A DNA stretch of 64,000 nt from an uncultured Gemmatimonadales bacterium (GTDB lineage: Bacteria > Gemmatimonadota > Gemmatimonadetes > Gemmatimonadales > GWC2-71-9), in NCBI GenBank assembly GCA_963739455.1, contig CAVUAK010000001.1, forward strand, positions 64,001 to 128,000. The letters run 5' to 3'. Within the stretch, counting starts at the first letter, position 1; each line of letters starts with the position of its first letter. Below are positions 30,666 to 45,906 of this stretch, piece after piece. The notes beneath the pieces were generated by a model that was not told the DNA's origin, made no database searches, and worked only from the letters and a program-made list of their open reading frames with translations. A program made the position numbers and the translations under genes.

Positions 30666-32614
30666 CACTGACTCTCCTGGCACTCGCCGCCTCGCTGTTC
30701 GCGGGCGACACCGCAGGCGTATTCGTATTGCACAAGATCGGCAACCCAATCGGGAAGGAGACGTGGCGCATCACCAGCGCGCCGTCTGGCGCGCGCCAGC
30801 TCTCCACCGACTTCACCTTCAGCGACCGCGGCACCACCGTCACCCTCACCTCCACCCTCGACTACGCCGCGAACGGCCGCCCCACGCACTTCACGCTCGG
30901 CGGGCAGACGTCGCGCATGTCCAGCATCGACCTCGACGTCACCCTCTTCGGTGACTCGGCGCGTATCCGTGAGGACAGCACCACCACTACCGTGCTCGCG
31001 AAGGGCGCCTTCCCCGCGCGCGGCTACGCGCCGATGGCGATCCAGCAGGCCTTCATGCGCGAATGGCTGCGCCGCGGCCGGCCGGCAACGTTCCGGCTCG
31101 TCCCCGACGCCACCCTCCGCATCACCGCGCGTGGCACCGACACCATCCACGTCGCCGATCGCTCCCTCCTCCTCCAGCGCTACAGCGTCACGGGCCTCAT
31201 CTGGGGACGTGAGACACTCTGGCTCGACGCGCGCGGCGACCTCGTTGCCGTGGCAACGGTGGACGCCGAGTTCGATCCGGTCCAGGCGGTGAAGGAAGGG
31301 TTCGAGTCCGCGACGGGGACCTTCGTGCGACTCGCCGCCACCGATGCCATCAACGCCCTCTCCAGCGCAACGCCAGCGCGCAGCAAGGACACCCTGATCG
31401 CACTGGTGGGTGGCATGCTCATCGACGGCACCGGGTGCGCCGCCGGTGCCCGACGCCGCCGTGGTCATCAGCGGCACGAAGATCATCGCCGCCGGCCCGC
31501 GCGCCTCGGTGCAGCATTCCTCGCGGGGCGCGGGTGATCAACACCACCGGCACCACCATCATGCCCGGCCTCTGGGAGATGCACGCCCACTACGCCCAGG
31601 TGGAATGGGGACCCATCTACCTGGCCTCGGGCGTCACCACCGCGCGCGATGTCGGCAACCAGTTCGATTTCCTCCTGGGCGCGCGGCAGGTGCTCAACAG
31701 CGGCACGCGGCATCGGGCCGCGCCTCCTCTCCGCCGGTATCATCGATGGCGACGGACCCACTGGCATCGGCACCGCGCGCGCGGGCACGCCGGAGCAGGG
31801 CGTCGCCTGGGTGCGCCGCTATCACGATGCCGGATTCGAGCAGATCAAGATCTACAGCAGTATCGTCGACTCCGTCCTCAAGGCCATCACCGCCGAGGCC
31901 CACGCGCTCGGCATGACGGTGACGGGCCACATTCCTCGCGGCATGGATGGCTACCAGGGTGTCGCGGATGGCATGGACCAGGTCAACCACATCAGCTTCA
32001 TCCAGCAGATGATGCGCGCGCGCGGTGACACCACGCCGCTCACCATGGACATGCCCGAGGCACAGAAGGCCGTCGCGTTCCTCGTCGAGCATCACATTGT
32101 CGTGGACCCCACGATCGCGCTCTACGAGCTCAATGCGCATCCCGCCGACCAGCCGGTGAGCGCCTTCGAGCCCGGCGTGGACAAGGTGGCCCCCGAGCTT
32201 CGCCAGGCCCTCACCCACACCGGCGCCGAGCCCGCCGACGCCGCCAAGGCCCAGGCACGGTTCAGGACGCAGCTCGAGATCATCGGTGCGCTGCACCGGG
32301 CCGGGGTGCCCATCGTCGCCGGCACCGACGTCACCGTGCCGGGCTACAGCATTCATCGCGAAATTGAGCTCTACGTGCAGGCGGGGTTCACCCCCATGGA
32401 GGCGATCCAGGCGGCGACCATTGTCCCGGCGCGGGCCATGAGACTGGACAAGGAAAGCGGCACCCTGCAACCCGGCATGCGCGCCGACGTACTGGTAGTG
32501 AGCGGAAATCCACTCGAGCGCATCAGCGACACGCGGAATGTCCGCTTTGTCATCGCCGACGGTCGCTACTTCGACCCGGCACCACTCTGGACCAGCGTCG
32601 GCTTTACGCCATAG
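30662..32614 (+). CDS. Secreted amidohydrolase-family protein (frameshifts near 31440, 31520, 31710)
   Basis: MPGLWEMHAH, GVTTARDVG, QIKIY, VTGH, IVAGTD, G.RAD.LV..GNP. Confidence 0.85.
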
Positions 32615-32671
32615 GCCCTGTTCCCTGTTCCCTGATTTGCACAGATCGCCTCAATGCGGCATCCTATTGTC

Positions 32672-33569
32672 ATGACCACGCCGATCGAAACCGAGATGGC
32701 CGCCGACCCCGCCGTGCGGCCCACCGACAGTGACCTGGACATCTTCGGCCTGACCCACCCCGGTCTGGTGCGGAAGACGCAACCAGGATCACTTCCTCAT
32801 CGCGTCCCTGCGCCGCCAGGTGGAGATCCACCTCACCAGCCTTCCCGCGGACACCAAGTGGCCCGCCGCCAAGCGCCTCGCCTTCATGGGCATGGTCGCC
32901 GACGGCGTCGGCAGCACCGAGTCCGGCGAGGAGGCCAGCCGCCTCGCCGTCGAGCGCGTCACCGAGTACGTCACCCAGTGCGTCCGCGCCTACCATGCCT
33001 CCGAGGGCGACCGCGACACCCTGTTCTCCGACGCCCTGGCCGACGCCGGCATGCAGGTGCACGCCGCCATCCTCGAGCACTCGAAGGACGAGGATGTCCA
33101 GCGTCGCATGGCCACCACCCTCACGCTCTGGATCGGTATCTGGCCGAAGGCCTACCTGCTGCAGGTGGGTGACAGCCGCTGCTACATCATGCGCGACGAC
33201 AAGCTCATCCAGATTTCCCGCGACCAGACCATGGCGCAGGAACTCATCGACCAGGGCATCCTCAATCGCACCGATGCCCCACGAACCCGCTGGGCCAACG
33301 TCCTCTCCAGCGCCATCGGCGGCCACGCCGCCGCGCCCGTCGTCACCCAGATGGACCAGTTCTGGGGCCAGGTCGGCCTCCTCTGCAGCGACGGCCTCTT
33401 CAAGCACGTCTCCGATGAGCGCATCGCCGAGCGGCTCCGCACCATGACGTCATCACGCCAGGTCTGCCAGGACCTGCTGCAGGACGCCCTCGACGGCGGC
33501 GGCACCGACAACATCACCATGATTGTGGGACGCACCGCCAGTAAGCCATCGAGGCCATCCCTCTCCTGA
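32672..33569 (+). CDS. PP2C-family protein Ser/Thr phosphatase (frameshift near 32780)
   Basis: THPGLVRK, VADGVG, ATTLT, VGDSRCY, LCSDGL, GGTDNIT. Confidence 0.9.
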
Positions 33570-33606
33570 GTCGTGGCAATCCCGAGATACCAGCTAGGAG
33601 CCCCCG

Positions 33607-35862
33607 TTGAAGACCCGTTACGCCATCGCGCTTCTCACCCTGTGCGCGGCGACCGTGCACGCGCAGGTCCCCGCCGCCACCACGGCCAACCTGAAGCTCA
33701 TCTTCGACTCGACCTACTTCGACACCCAGCGCTTCGGCCCTGCCCGCTGGATCGAGGACGGCACCGCCTACAGCACCGTCGAGCGCTCCCCCACCGTGAA
33801 GGGCGGCCGCGATATCGTCCGCTACGACACGAAGACCGGTGAGCGCAGCATCCTCGTCCCCGCATCGAGCCTCATCCCGGCCGGCGACTCGATGCCCCTC
33901 CGCATGGCCGACTACACCTGGTCCGCCGACGCGAAGAAGCTCCTCATCTTCACCAACACCGAGAAGGTCTGGAGACAGAACACCCGCGGCGACTACTGGG
34001 TGCTCGACCGCACCGCGTCCACCCTGCAGCAGGTCGGCGCCTCGGCGCCCAAGTCGTCCCTCATGTACGCCAAGTTCTCCCCCCAGGGCGATCGCATCGC
34101 GTACGTGAGCAAGGGAGACATCTACGTCCAGCGACTCGACGACCAGTCGATCACCCGCCTCACCACTGGCGCCGACTCGCTCCACGTGAACGGTATGAGC
34201 GACTGGGTGTATGAGGAGGAGTTCGGCCTGCGCGACGGCTTCCGCTGGTCGCCCGACGGTGAGAAGATCGCCTTCTGGCATTTCGACATGACCGGCGTCG
34301 GCACCTTCCTCATGCTGAACAACACCGACTCGACCTATCCGTTCACTGTGCCGATCCAGTATCCCCTCGTCGGCACGACGAACTCCGCCGTCACTGCCGG
34401 CGTCGTGAGCGCGCGCGGCGGCGACATCACCTGGATCCAGGTCGCCGGTGACGCTCGGCAGAATTACCTGCCGTGGATGGAGTGGGCCGGCTCGAAGGAA
34501 CTCCTCCTGCAGCGTATGAACCGGCTGCAGAACACCAACACCGTGCAGCTCGCCGACGCTGCCACTGGCACCGTCCGCACCGTCTTCACCGAGACCGACG
34601 CCGCCTGGCTCGACCTCATCGACGATGTCACCTGGCTCAAGGACGACAAGCGCTTCCTCTGGCTCAGCGAGCGCGACGGCTGGCGCCACGTGTACGCCGT
34701 TTCTCGGGAGACAGGCGCGGCGCAGCTGGTGACGAACGGCAAGTTCGATGTCGTCGCCGTTGCCGCTGTCGACCAGAAGGGCGGCTGGCTCTACTACATG
34801 GCGTCGCCCACGAACGCCACACAGCTCTACCTCTATCGCACCCGGCTCGACGGCAAGGGCCAGCCCGAGCTGATCACGCCCTCGGCGCAGGCCGGGCGTC
34901 ACTCGTACTACGTCTCACCCGACACGAAGTGGGCCATGAATCGCTGGTCCACCTTCGATACACCGCCGGTCAACGACCTCGTCTCCCTTCCCGACCACAA
35001 GCTGGTGCGCAACCTCGTGAGCAACACCGAGCTCGCCGAGCGGGTGAAGCAGTTCATCACGCCGGGCCAGTTCTTCCAGGTGACGGTGCAGGATGGCGCT
35101 ACACTCGACGGCTGGATCATCAAGCCGCGCAACTTCGAGGAGGGGAAGCGCTACCCCCTCCTCATGTACGTCTATGGAGAACCGGCGGGCACGACGGTGC
35201 AGGACTCGTGGGGATACGCACAGCGTCTCTGGTTCCAGGCCATCGCCGACGCTGGCTACATCGTGGCCAGTGTCGACAACCAGGGGACACCGGCGCCCAA
35301 GGGTCGCGCCTGGCGCAAGGCCGTCTACGGCCAGATCGGTGTGCTCTCCAGTGCGCAGCAGGCTGACGCCGTGAAGGTCATGGAGCGCACCCGTCCTGAA
35401 ATCGATCCCACCCGCGTCGCCATCTGGGGCTGGAGCGGCGGCGGCTCTTCCACACTTCAGGCGATGTTCCGCTATCCCGACGTCTATCAGGTCGGCCTCA
35501 GCGTCGCCTCCGTTCCCGACCAGCGCTTCTACGACACGATCTACCAGGAGCGCTACATGGGGCTCCCCGACTCGAACGCCGCCGGCTACAAGTCTGCCTC
35601 TGCCATCAACCAGGCCGAGGGGCTCAAGGGCAAGCTGCTCATGGTCCACGGCACCGGCGACGACAACGTCCACTATCAGGGCGTCGAGCTCATGGTCAAC
35701 CGCCTCATCGAGCTCAACAAGCAGTTCGACTTCATGCCCTATCCCAATCGCACCCACTGCATCTGCGAGGGTGACGGCACCACGCTGCACATCTACAGTA
35801 CGCTCACGCGGTACCTGATGGAGCACCTGCCGGCCGGTCCGCAGATGACCACCTTGCCGTAG
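33607..35862 (+). CDS. Secreted S9B dipeptidyl peptidase IV
   Basis: DWVYEEE, IWGWSGGG nucleophile elbow, HGTGDDNVH. Confidence 0.93.
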   Translation: MKTRYAIALLTLCAATVHAQVPAATTANLKLIFDSTYFDTQRFGPARWIEDGTAYSTVERSPTVKGGRDIVRYDTKTGERSILVPASSLIPAGDSMPLRMADYTWSADAKKLLIFTNTEKVWRQNTRGDYWVLDRTASTLQQVGASAPKSSLMYAKFSPQGDRIAYVSKGDIYVQRLDDQSITRLTTGADSLHVNGMSDWVYEEEFGLRDGFRWSPDGEKIAFWHFDMTGVGTFLMLNNTDSTYPFTVPIQYPLVGTTNSAVTAGVVSARGGDITWIQVAGDARQNYLPWMEWAGSKELLLQRMNRLQNTNTVQLADAATGTVRTVFTETDAAWLDLIDDVTWLKDDKRFLWLSERDGWRHVYAVSRETGAAQLVTNGKFDVVAVAAVDQKGGWLYYMASPTNATQLYLYRTRLDGKGQPELITPSAQAGRHSYYVSPDTKWAMNRWSTFDTPPVNDLVSLPDHKLVRNLVSNTELAERVKQFITPGQFFQVTVQDGATLDGWIIKPRNFEEGKRYPLLMYVYGEPAGTTVQDSWGYAQRLWFQAIADAGYIVASVDNQGTPAPKGRAWRKAVYGQIGVLSSAQQADAVKVMERTRPEIDPTRVAIWGWSGGGSSTLQAMFRYPDVYQVGLSVASVPDQRFYDTIYQERYMGLPDSNAAGYKSASAINQAEGLKGKLLMVHGTGDDNVHYQGVELMVNRLIELNKQFDFMPYPNRTHCICEGDGTTLHIYSTLTRYLMEHLPAGPQMTTLP

Positions 35863-35867
35863 CGAGG

Positions 35868-37292
35868 ATGACCAGCCCCGCTCCCTTCCTCCTCGCCGGT
35901 TCCCTCCGAACCGGCGCCGTGACAGCCGAGATCCGCTCCCCCTTCAACGGCGCGATCGTCGGCCACGCCGCCCTCGCAAACCGCACTGACGTCGAGGCGG
36001 CGCTTGACGCCGCCGTTGCCTCGGCCCGCGCTGCCGCCGACATGCCCTCGCATGCCCGCGCCGCCGTCCTCGCCCGCATTGCCGACGGCCTCGACACCCG
36101 CAAGGACGAGATGGCTCGCCTCCTCGCCGCCGAGGCGGGCAAGCCCTTGGCCCTCGCCCGCACCGAGATCGAGCGCGCCGCCTTCGTCTTCCGCCAGGGC
36201 GCCGGGGAAGCCACCCGCATCGGCGGAGAAGTCATCCCGATGGACCTCGCCCCGCACGGCGAGCACCATATCGCTATCACTCGCCGCTTCCCGGTCGCAC
36301 CCATCTCGGCGATCGTCCCGTTCAACTTTCCCGTCCTGCTGGCCGCACATAAGCTGGCGCCCGCGATCGCCTGTGGCGCCACCATGGTCCTCAAGGTGCC
36401 GCCCCAGGATCCCCTCGCCACTTACCTCCTCGCGGAGATCGTGGCCAACGCCGGCTATCCGCCCGGCGCCCTCTCGATTTTCCTCTGCTCCAATGAGGAC
36501 GCGTCGCCCCTGCTCGACGACCCGCGGGTGCGCATGGTCACCTTTACCGGGTCAGCCCGGGCCGGATGGGCCATCCGCCAGCGCGCCTTCACCAAGCGGG
36601 TGACCCTCGAGCTCGGCGGCAACGCCGCCGTCATCATCGAGCCCGACGCCGACCTCGACCGCGCCGTGCAGCGATGCGTCGCCGGTGGCTACCTGTACGC
36701 CGGGCAGTCGTGCATCTCCACCCAGCGTATCCTCGTTCACGAGTCCCGCTTCGCCGAGTTCACCGAGCGGTTCGTCGCCGCCGTGGGCGCGCTTCGCACC
36801 GGCGACCCGTTCCTGGAGACCACCGACGTCGGTCCCATGATCGACGAGGCCAACGCCATCCGCGCCGCCGAGTGGATTGCGGAGGCAGTCGCCGGCGGTG
36901 CCCGGCTCGCCGTGGGCGGCACTCGGACTGGCGCCATCCTCCAGCCCGCCGTGCTGCTCGACACGAAGAGCGACATGCGCGTAAACTGTGAGGAGGTCTT
37001 CGGGCCGGTCACCACCCTCCGGCCCTATTCCAGCTTTGACCAGGCCATCGACACGGTGAATGATTCGCCCTGCGGCATCCACGCCGGGCTCTTCACCAAC
37101 GACATGCGGACGATCCTGCTCGCATTCGCCCGGCTCGAGCTCGGCGGCCTGGTCATCAACGACATCCCCAGCTATCGGGTCGATCACCTGCCCTACGGCG
37201 GGGTGAAGCAGTCCGGACTTGGCCGCGAAGGCGTGCGCTACGCGATCGAGGAGATGACCGACCTGCGGCTGCTCGTGCTCGGCGACACCTGA
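35868..37292 (+). CDS. Aldehyde dehydrogenase family protein
   Basis: PFNFP, FTGS, LELGGN, GQSCIS, EEVFGP, PYGGVKQSG. Confidence 0.93.
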   Translation: MTSPAPFLLAGSLRTGAVTAEIRSPFNGAIVGHAALANRTDVEAALDAAVASARAAADMPSHARAAVLARIADGLDTRKDEMARLLAAEAGKPLALARTEIERAAFVFRQGAGEATRIGGEVIPMDLAPHGEHHIAITRRFPVAPISAIVPFNFPVLLAAHKLAPAIACGATMVLKVPPQDPLATYLLAEIVANAGYPPGALSIFLCSNEDASPLLDDPRVRMVTFTGSARAGWAIRQRAFTKRVTLELGGNAAVIIEPDADLDRAVQRCVAGGYLYAGQSCISTQRILVHESRFAEFTERFVAAVGALRTGDPFLETTDVGPMIDEANAIRAAEWIAEAVAGGARLAVGGTRTGAILQPAVLLDTKSDMRVNCEEVFGPVTTLRPYSSFDQAIDTVNDSPCGIHAGLFTNDMRTILLAFARLELGGLVINDIPSYRVDHLPYGGVKQSGLGREGVRYAIEEMTDLRLLVLGDT

Positions 37293-37315
37293 CCCTCACG
37301 CCCTGTGGAGTTGCA

Positions 37316-38300
37316 ATGCGCTCACTCGTTGTGACTGTGGCCCTCTCTGCGGCCATCGTCCTGCCGCTCCATGCACAGCGGACCGGCTCCGCACCATACC
37401 GCGACAAGCAGATTCCCCATGAGGCCGGCTTCCGGGTGTTCATCGTGCCCGACATGGAAGGAATGGGGAGCGCCGTCGACAGTCGCGAGATCCTCGCCGG
37501 CAACGAGGGTGCCGCCTACAAGGACCTGGTCGTCACCCGACTACTGGGATCACTTTCGCTCCCTGCTCACCCAGGAAGTGAACGCCACGATCAGGGGTGC
37601 GCGCGCCGGCGGCGCCGCAAGCTTCGTCGTGAATGAGGGCCACGGTGGCAATCTCTTCGCCAACGTGCTGCCCTGGGACCTCGACAGCACCGCCATCCTG
37701 GTCCGCGGCTTTCCCAAGCCACTGATCATGGTCACCGGCATCGACAGCAGCTTCGGCACCCTGATGTTCATCGGCGCGCACGCCAATGCCGGCAGCCAAG
37801 GGCGTCATGCCGCACAACTTCGCCTTCGATTCCTTCACGGTGAACGGCAAGGTGCTCAACGAGGTCGGCATCAACGCGTTGATCGCCGGTGAGCTGGGTG
37901 TTGCGGTCTCGCTGGTGAGCGGCGACGACGTGCTCATCGCCGAGACGAAGCCGATGCTCACCAACGGATTCGTCGCCATCGTCACCAAGCGCGCCGTCGG
38001 CCGGAGCGCGGCGATCACCTACAGCCCGGTCAAGGTGCGGCAGCATGCTGCAGGCGGGCGCCACGGAGGCGGTGCGCCGGGCGACGAAGGGCGAATTCAA
38101 GCCGCTCGTTCTCGATGCAAGCCGTACCAGGTGCGTTCACGATCCGGCGCAGCTACGCCGACAGCATCGTGACGCAGGTGGCCGGCCTATCCGAGTTCAA
38201 GCTCGAGAAGATCGACGAGCGGACCTTTACGCTCACCACAAACAGCGCCAGGCAGATGGGCTGGCTGCTCGACGCGATCGAAGAGACGGTGATCCGGTGA
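37316..38300 (+). CDS. M55 (DppA-like) D-aminopeptidase with signal peptide, copy 1 (frameshifts)
   Basis: IVPDMEG, NEGHG, IGAHA, LNEVG, SGDD, VTKRAVG. Confidence 0.82.
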
Positions 38301-39322
38301 GGCGGCTCCTCCTTGGCCGCCGCGCTGGTCCTGCCGGACCGCGCGTGGCCCAGGCTCCGCGACGCCCGCAGCCGCCCCTCCGCCGCGCGACACCACGCCG
38401 CCCGGCGGCGTCTTCGGCGTCACCGAGTACCAGCTCGCGCGCCAGAAGCTGGAACACGTCATGCAGAACGGCGGATTCAGCGTCTACATCATTGCGGACA
38501 TGGAGGGACTCGCCGGCGTCGTCCGGAACGCCGACCGAGATGCGCCCGGTAGCCGGGGCGGAATCCAGGCGCAGCACGAGCAGTTCCGCGAGGAGCTGAC
38601 CGCCGAGGTCAACGCGCTCATCGCGGGGGCGCGCGCCGCGGGCGCCACCCAGTTCATCGTGAATGAGGGCCACGGCGGCACACTCTTCCGCAACGTCCTC
38701 GTGGACCAGCTCGACCCGGAGGCCATCCTGATTCGCGGCTATCCCAAGCCGATCGTGATGTCCACCGGGATGAACCCCATGGTGGACGCCATGATGATCG
38801 TCGGGGCCCACGCCAACGCGGGCAGCCCGGGGTCATCTCCCACAGCTTCGCGTTCGACTCCTTCACGATCAACGGCAAGATGCTGAACGAGGCCGGGATC
38901 GCCGCCTTCATCGGCGGCGCCATGGGCGTGCCGATGGCGCTGGCCAGCGGGGACGACGTCCTCACCGCGGAGACCCGCGAGATGCTCGGCCCCCTCGAGA
39001 CGGTCACCGTCAAGACGGCCTTCTCCCGGTCGGCGGCCGCGGGCACTCTTCCCCGAGGTCGATCGCCAGCTGCAGGCCGGCCGCCACGCGCCGTCCGCCG
39101 GGTGAAGGCCGGCGAGAACAAGCCGCTCGTCATGGCCAAGCCGTACGAGGTGCGGTTCTGCCTTCGCCGCAACTACGTCGAGGACGAATGGGTGCGCAAC
39201 ACGATCGGGCAGTTCGACGGCGTGAGGGCCGACGGCGACGTCGGGTGCTTTGCCTACACCACGGAGTCGGCCGAAGCGGTGGGCAACCTGCTGAACGAGG
39301 TCGAGTGGACCGTGCTCAAGCC

Positions 39323-39326
<4 letters not shown>
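38297..39326 (+). CDS. M55 (DppA-like) D-aminopeptidase, copy 2 (frameshifts)
   Basis: IIADMEG, NEGHG, VGAHA, LNEAG, SGDD, VTVK. Confidence 0.82.
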
Positions 39327-42023
<2,697 letters not shown>

Positions 42024-42027
<4 letters not shown>

Positions 42028-44695
42028 CCGCCCCTTCCCGCCTCGCGGTCGCCCTCGCCGATCGCTATCGCATCGAGCGGGAGATCGGCGCCGGCGGCAT
42101 GGCCACCGTCTATCTCGCCGAGGACCTGAAGCACCACCGCCAGGTCGCCATCAAGGTCCTGCGCCCCGAGCTCGGCGCCGTCATCGGCGCCGAGCGCTTC
42201 CTCGCCGAGATTCGCACCACCGCCAACCTCCAGCACCCGCACATTCTCGGCCTCATCGACTCCGGCGAGGTCGAGGGCCTGCTCTACTACGTCATGCCCT
42301 TCATCGAGGGCGAGTCCCTGCGCGATCGCCTGTCGCGCGAGAAGCAGCTCCCCATCGATGATGCCGTGCGCATTGCCACTGAGGTGGCGAGTGCCCTCGA
42401 CTACGCGCACCGTCACGGAGTCATCCACCGCGACATCAAGCCGGAGAACATCCTCCTGCACGACGGCCGCGCCCTCGTCGCCGATTTCGGTATCGCGCTC
42501 GCCGCCAGCAAGGCCGGCAGTCGCATGACCGAGACCGGCATGAGTCTCGGCACGCCGCACTACATGAGTCCCGAGCAGGCCATGGGCGAGCGCGAGATCA
42601 CCGCCCGCTCGGATGTCTACGCGCTGGGATGCGTCACCTACGAGATGCTGACCGGCGACCCGCCGTTCACCGGCTCCACGGCGCAGGCCATCGTCGCGCG
42701 CGTGGTGACCGAGTCGCCGCGGCTCATGGTTCCGCAGCGGCACACCATCCCGCCCCAGGTGGAGGCGGCGGTGCTCACGGCGCTGGAAAAGCTCCCCGCC
42801 GATCGCTTCGCCACGGCAAAGGATTTCGCCGACGCGCTCGTGGGTACCGGCAAGGGCGCGCGCTACGCCGCGACGGTGGCCGACATCAGCGACCCGCCCT
42901 CCCCGCCCTCCCCGCCTTCCCCGCCTGGCGGTCGTTCGCCGCCTACTCGCTGCCGCCGCGGCACTCGCCGGCTGGTTCTTCAATGGCGCCGCGCCGCGCC
43001 AGCCAGCCAACCACCATGCAGTACATCTCCCTCGGCGACAGCTTGTCGCCGAGCGTGAACGTGCCTGGCCTGGCGCTCTCGCCCGATGGCGCCACCATGG
43101 TGGTCAAGGAAAGCGCCCAGAACGGACGGCTCTGGGTCAAGCGCGCTGCGGCGCTCGATCCCGTCCCGATTCCCGGCACTGAACGCGCCAACAATCCGGT
43201 CTTTTCCCCCGACGGCGAGTGGATCGCCTTCGTTGCTGACCAGAAGCTCCGCAAGGTTCGGCTCTCCGGTGGCGCGCCTGTTACCCTCGCCGACTCGGTC
43301 GAGGGAGGTTTTAGCGGCATCGCCTGGCTCGACGACCAGTCCCTGGTCTACGTGTCACCTGACTTCACCAGGCTGCTCCGCACCAAGGCAGCCGGGGGTG
43401 CCAGCGATACCCTCCTGACCAACGCCGGGCAACAGGACCTCGGCTTCCTCTATCCGTCGGCGCTGCCCGGAGCACGGGGTGTGCTGTTCCTGCTCTGCAA
43501 TTCTGGCTGCTTCATCATGAGCCTGCATGTGCTCGACCTTCGCACCGGCAAGGAAAAACTCCTGCTCGATGATGCGGCCGAGGCCTGGTACCTGCCGAGC
43601 GGGCACCTCCTGTACACCCGCCGTGACGGCACCGCGCTCGTGGCGCCCTTCGACCTCGACCGCCTGGAGCTGAAGGGACCGGGGGTCTCCGCACTCGACC
43701 ACGTGATGGTCACCCGGGGGTCTGCCCAGCTCGCCTGGTCACCTTCGGGCACCGTCATCTACGTGACTGGCGCAAGCACAAGTACCGAGAATACCGTCGC
43801 ACGCGTGGCGCACGACGGCACAATTGCTCCGATCGACACCACCTGGACCGGGCACTTCGCCTCGATGGCGATCTCGCCCGACGGGCGGCGACTGGCGGTC
43901 GAGGCTGGTACCGGCAGTGGCGGCCTGAACATCTGGATCAAGCAGCTCGAGCGAGGCCCGTTCACCCGCCTCTCTTTCGGCGGCGGCGACCGGCGCCCTG
44001 TCTGGTCACCCGATGGGCGCACGGTGGCGTTCATCCGCGATACGCTCGGCAGCAGCCTCGTGGCGGCACGCTTCGCCGATGGCAGCCGGCCCGACACCGT
44101 CATGGTCCACCTCAGCGAACCCGTGCAGGAGTTTGACTGGTCCCGCGATGGGCGCTGGCTCGTGCTCCGCACCGACAACGGCAGCAAGGGCGCCGGCGAC
44201 CTCATCGGCGTCCAGACCCGCGGCGACACGACACCGGTGCTGCTGGTCGGCAGCCCCTTCACTGAAATCAATCCTGCGATCTCGCCCGATGGGCGCTGGT
44301 TGGCCTACGCCTCCAACGAGTCCGGCAGGAACGAGATCTATGTCCGCCCCTTTCCCAACACCGGCGATGGACGGTGGCAGGTATCCACGGGTGGTGGCAC
44401 CCAGCCCCGCTGGTCGCCCGACAACAGCGAAGTGTATTTCCTCGACCCGGTGCAAACGCTCATCGCCGCGAAAGTCACCGCACGCCCCGGGTTCGCCATC
44501 ACCGACCTGCACCCGCTCTTCGATGCCTCCAGGCTCGGCTACAGTCCGTTCCATCAGTCATATGATGTGACGCCAGACGGCCGCGCGTTCATTTTCGGGG
44601 CTCCCGTGGGCGCGGGCGCCAATTCCCGTACACCGAACCTGGTACGTGTGGATCACTGGTTTCGGGATCTCAAGACTCGCCTGGCACAGCACTAA
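42024..44695 (+). CDS. Ser/Thr kinase K3 with PD40 propeller domain (frameshifts around 42880-43010)
   Basis: ATGA overlap with K2; full kinase motifs; SPDG repeats. Confidence 0.9.
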
Positions 44696-44738
44696 CCTCT
44701 TCCCTGTTCCCTGTTCCCCCTCCCTGCCACATTCCAGC

Positions 44739-45906
44739 ATGCACATCCACATCGATCCCCTCGGCGGACTGGCCGGGGACATGTTCGTCGCCGCACTCGC
44801 TGACGCCTTCCCTCTTCTGCGCGACGAGGCGGCAAGCCTGATCTCGGCCCAGGGCTATCCCGCGGCACTCCACGTGACGTTCACTGCCCACAATGATGAC
44901 GTGCTCAGCGGACAGCGCCTGGCGATCGACGCCCCGCCATATGGCGGCGCCAGCTATCCCGAACTCGACGCACAGCTCGCACAGGCCAATGCCGAAGCAT
45001 CAGTGCGGGATCTGGCTCGCCGCGGTCTCCGCCTGCTCGGCGAAGCCGAGGCAGCCGTGCACGGCGTACCCCTCGCGCAGGTGCACTTTCACGAGATCGC
45101 CGGGTGGGACACGCTGGTCGACCTGCTGCTCGCCGCATTCTTCGCGGTGCGAAGCGGGGCCACGAGCTGGTCCGTGGCGCCGCTCCCGCTCGGTGGCGGC
45201 CGGGTCGAGACCCGGCACGGCCTGTTGCCCGTTCCGGCACCAGCCACCGCGGCCATCCTGAAGGGCTACCGCGTTCGTGGACGACGGCATCGGCGGCGAG
45301 CGCATCACCCCCACGGGGGCGGCGATCCTAGCGGCCCTCGCAGCCGGCATTCGAAGTCGCGCCCGGAACACTCGTCACTACCGGATACGGGTTCGGCAGT
45401 CGGAAGCTGCCCGGCATCAGCAACTGCACCCGCGTCCTGGTGTTCGACACCGAGCATGCCGCGATGCCGACACCGTGGCCGTGCTCGAGTTCGAGATCGA
45501 TGACCAGTCCGCCGAGGACCTGGCACTGGGCGTCACCCGCATTCGCGACGATGCCGATGTGCTCGATGTCGTTACCTGGCCCGTGTTCGCGAAGAAGGGC
45601 CGGCTCGCGACCCATGTGCAGGTGCTCGCCCGGTCGACGGCCGCGCGTCGCGTGGCCAACCTCTGCTTCGCCGAGACCACGACACTGGGTGTCCGTACCG
45701 GCACCGCCGCGCGCGTGACCCTGCCGCGGACGGCCAGCACCATCCACGTCGCGGGGCAGGAGGTACGCGTCAAGACATCCACCCGCCCCGACGGCACCGC
45801 GCAGGTCAAGCCGGAAATGGATGATCTCGCGCAGGTCGGCGATCGCGAGGCACGCGAGCGCGTGCGACGCGCCGCGCAGGAAGCGGCGGGGAGGACCAGC
45901 CGGTGA
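44739..45906 (+). CDS. larC: Nickel-pincer cofactor nickel insertase LarC (frameshifts)
   Basis: GLAGDMFVAAL, VHFHEIAGWD, HGLLPVPAPAT, GERITPTGAA, EIDD, KKGR, ETTTLGVR, KPEMDD. Confidence 0.88.

Noticed and set aside
29799..33569. LCM-like methyltransferase acting on the nearby phosphatase, as with eukaryotic PP2A
   Set aside because: The phosphatase is PP2C-type, and bacterial members of this methyltransferase family are common stand-alone enzymes; proximity is the only support.
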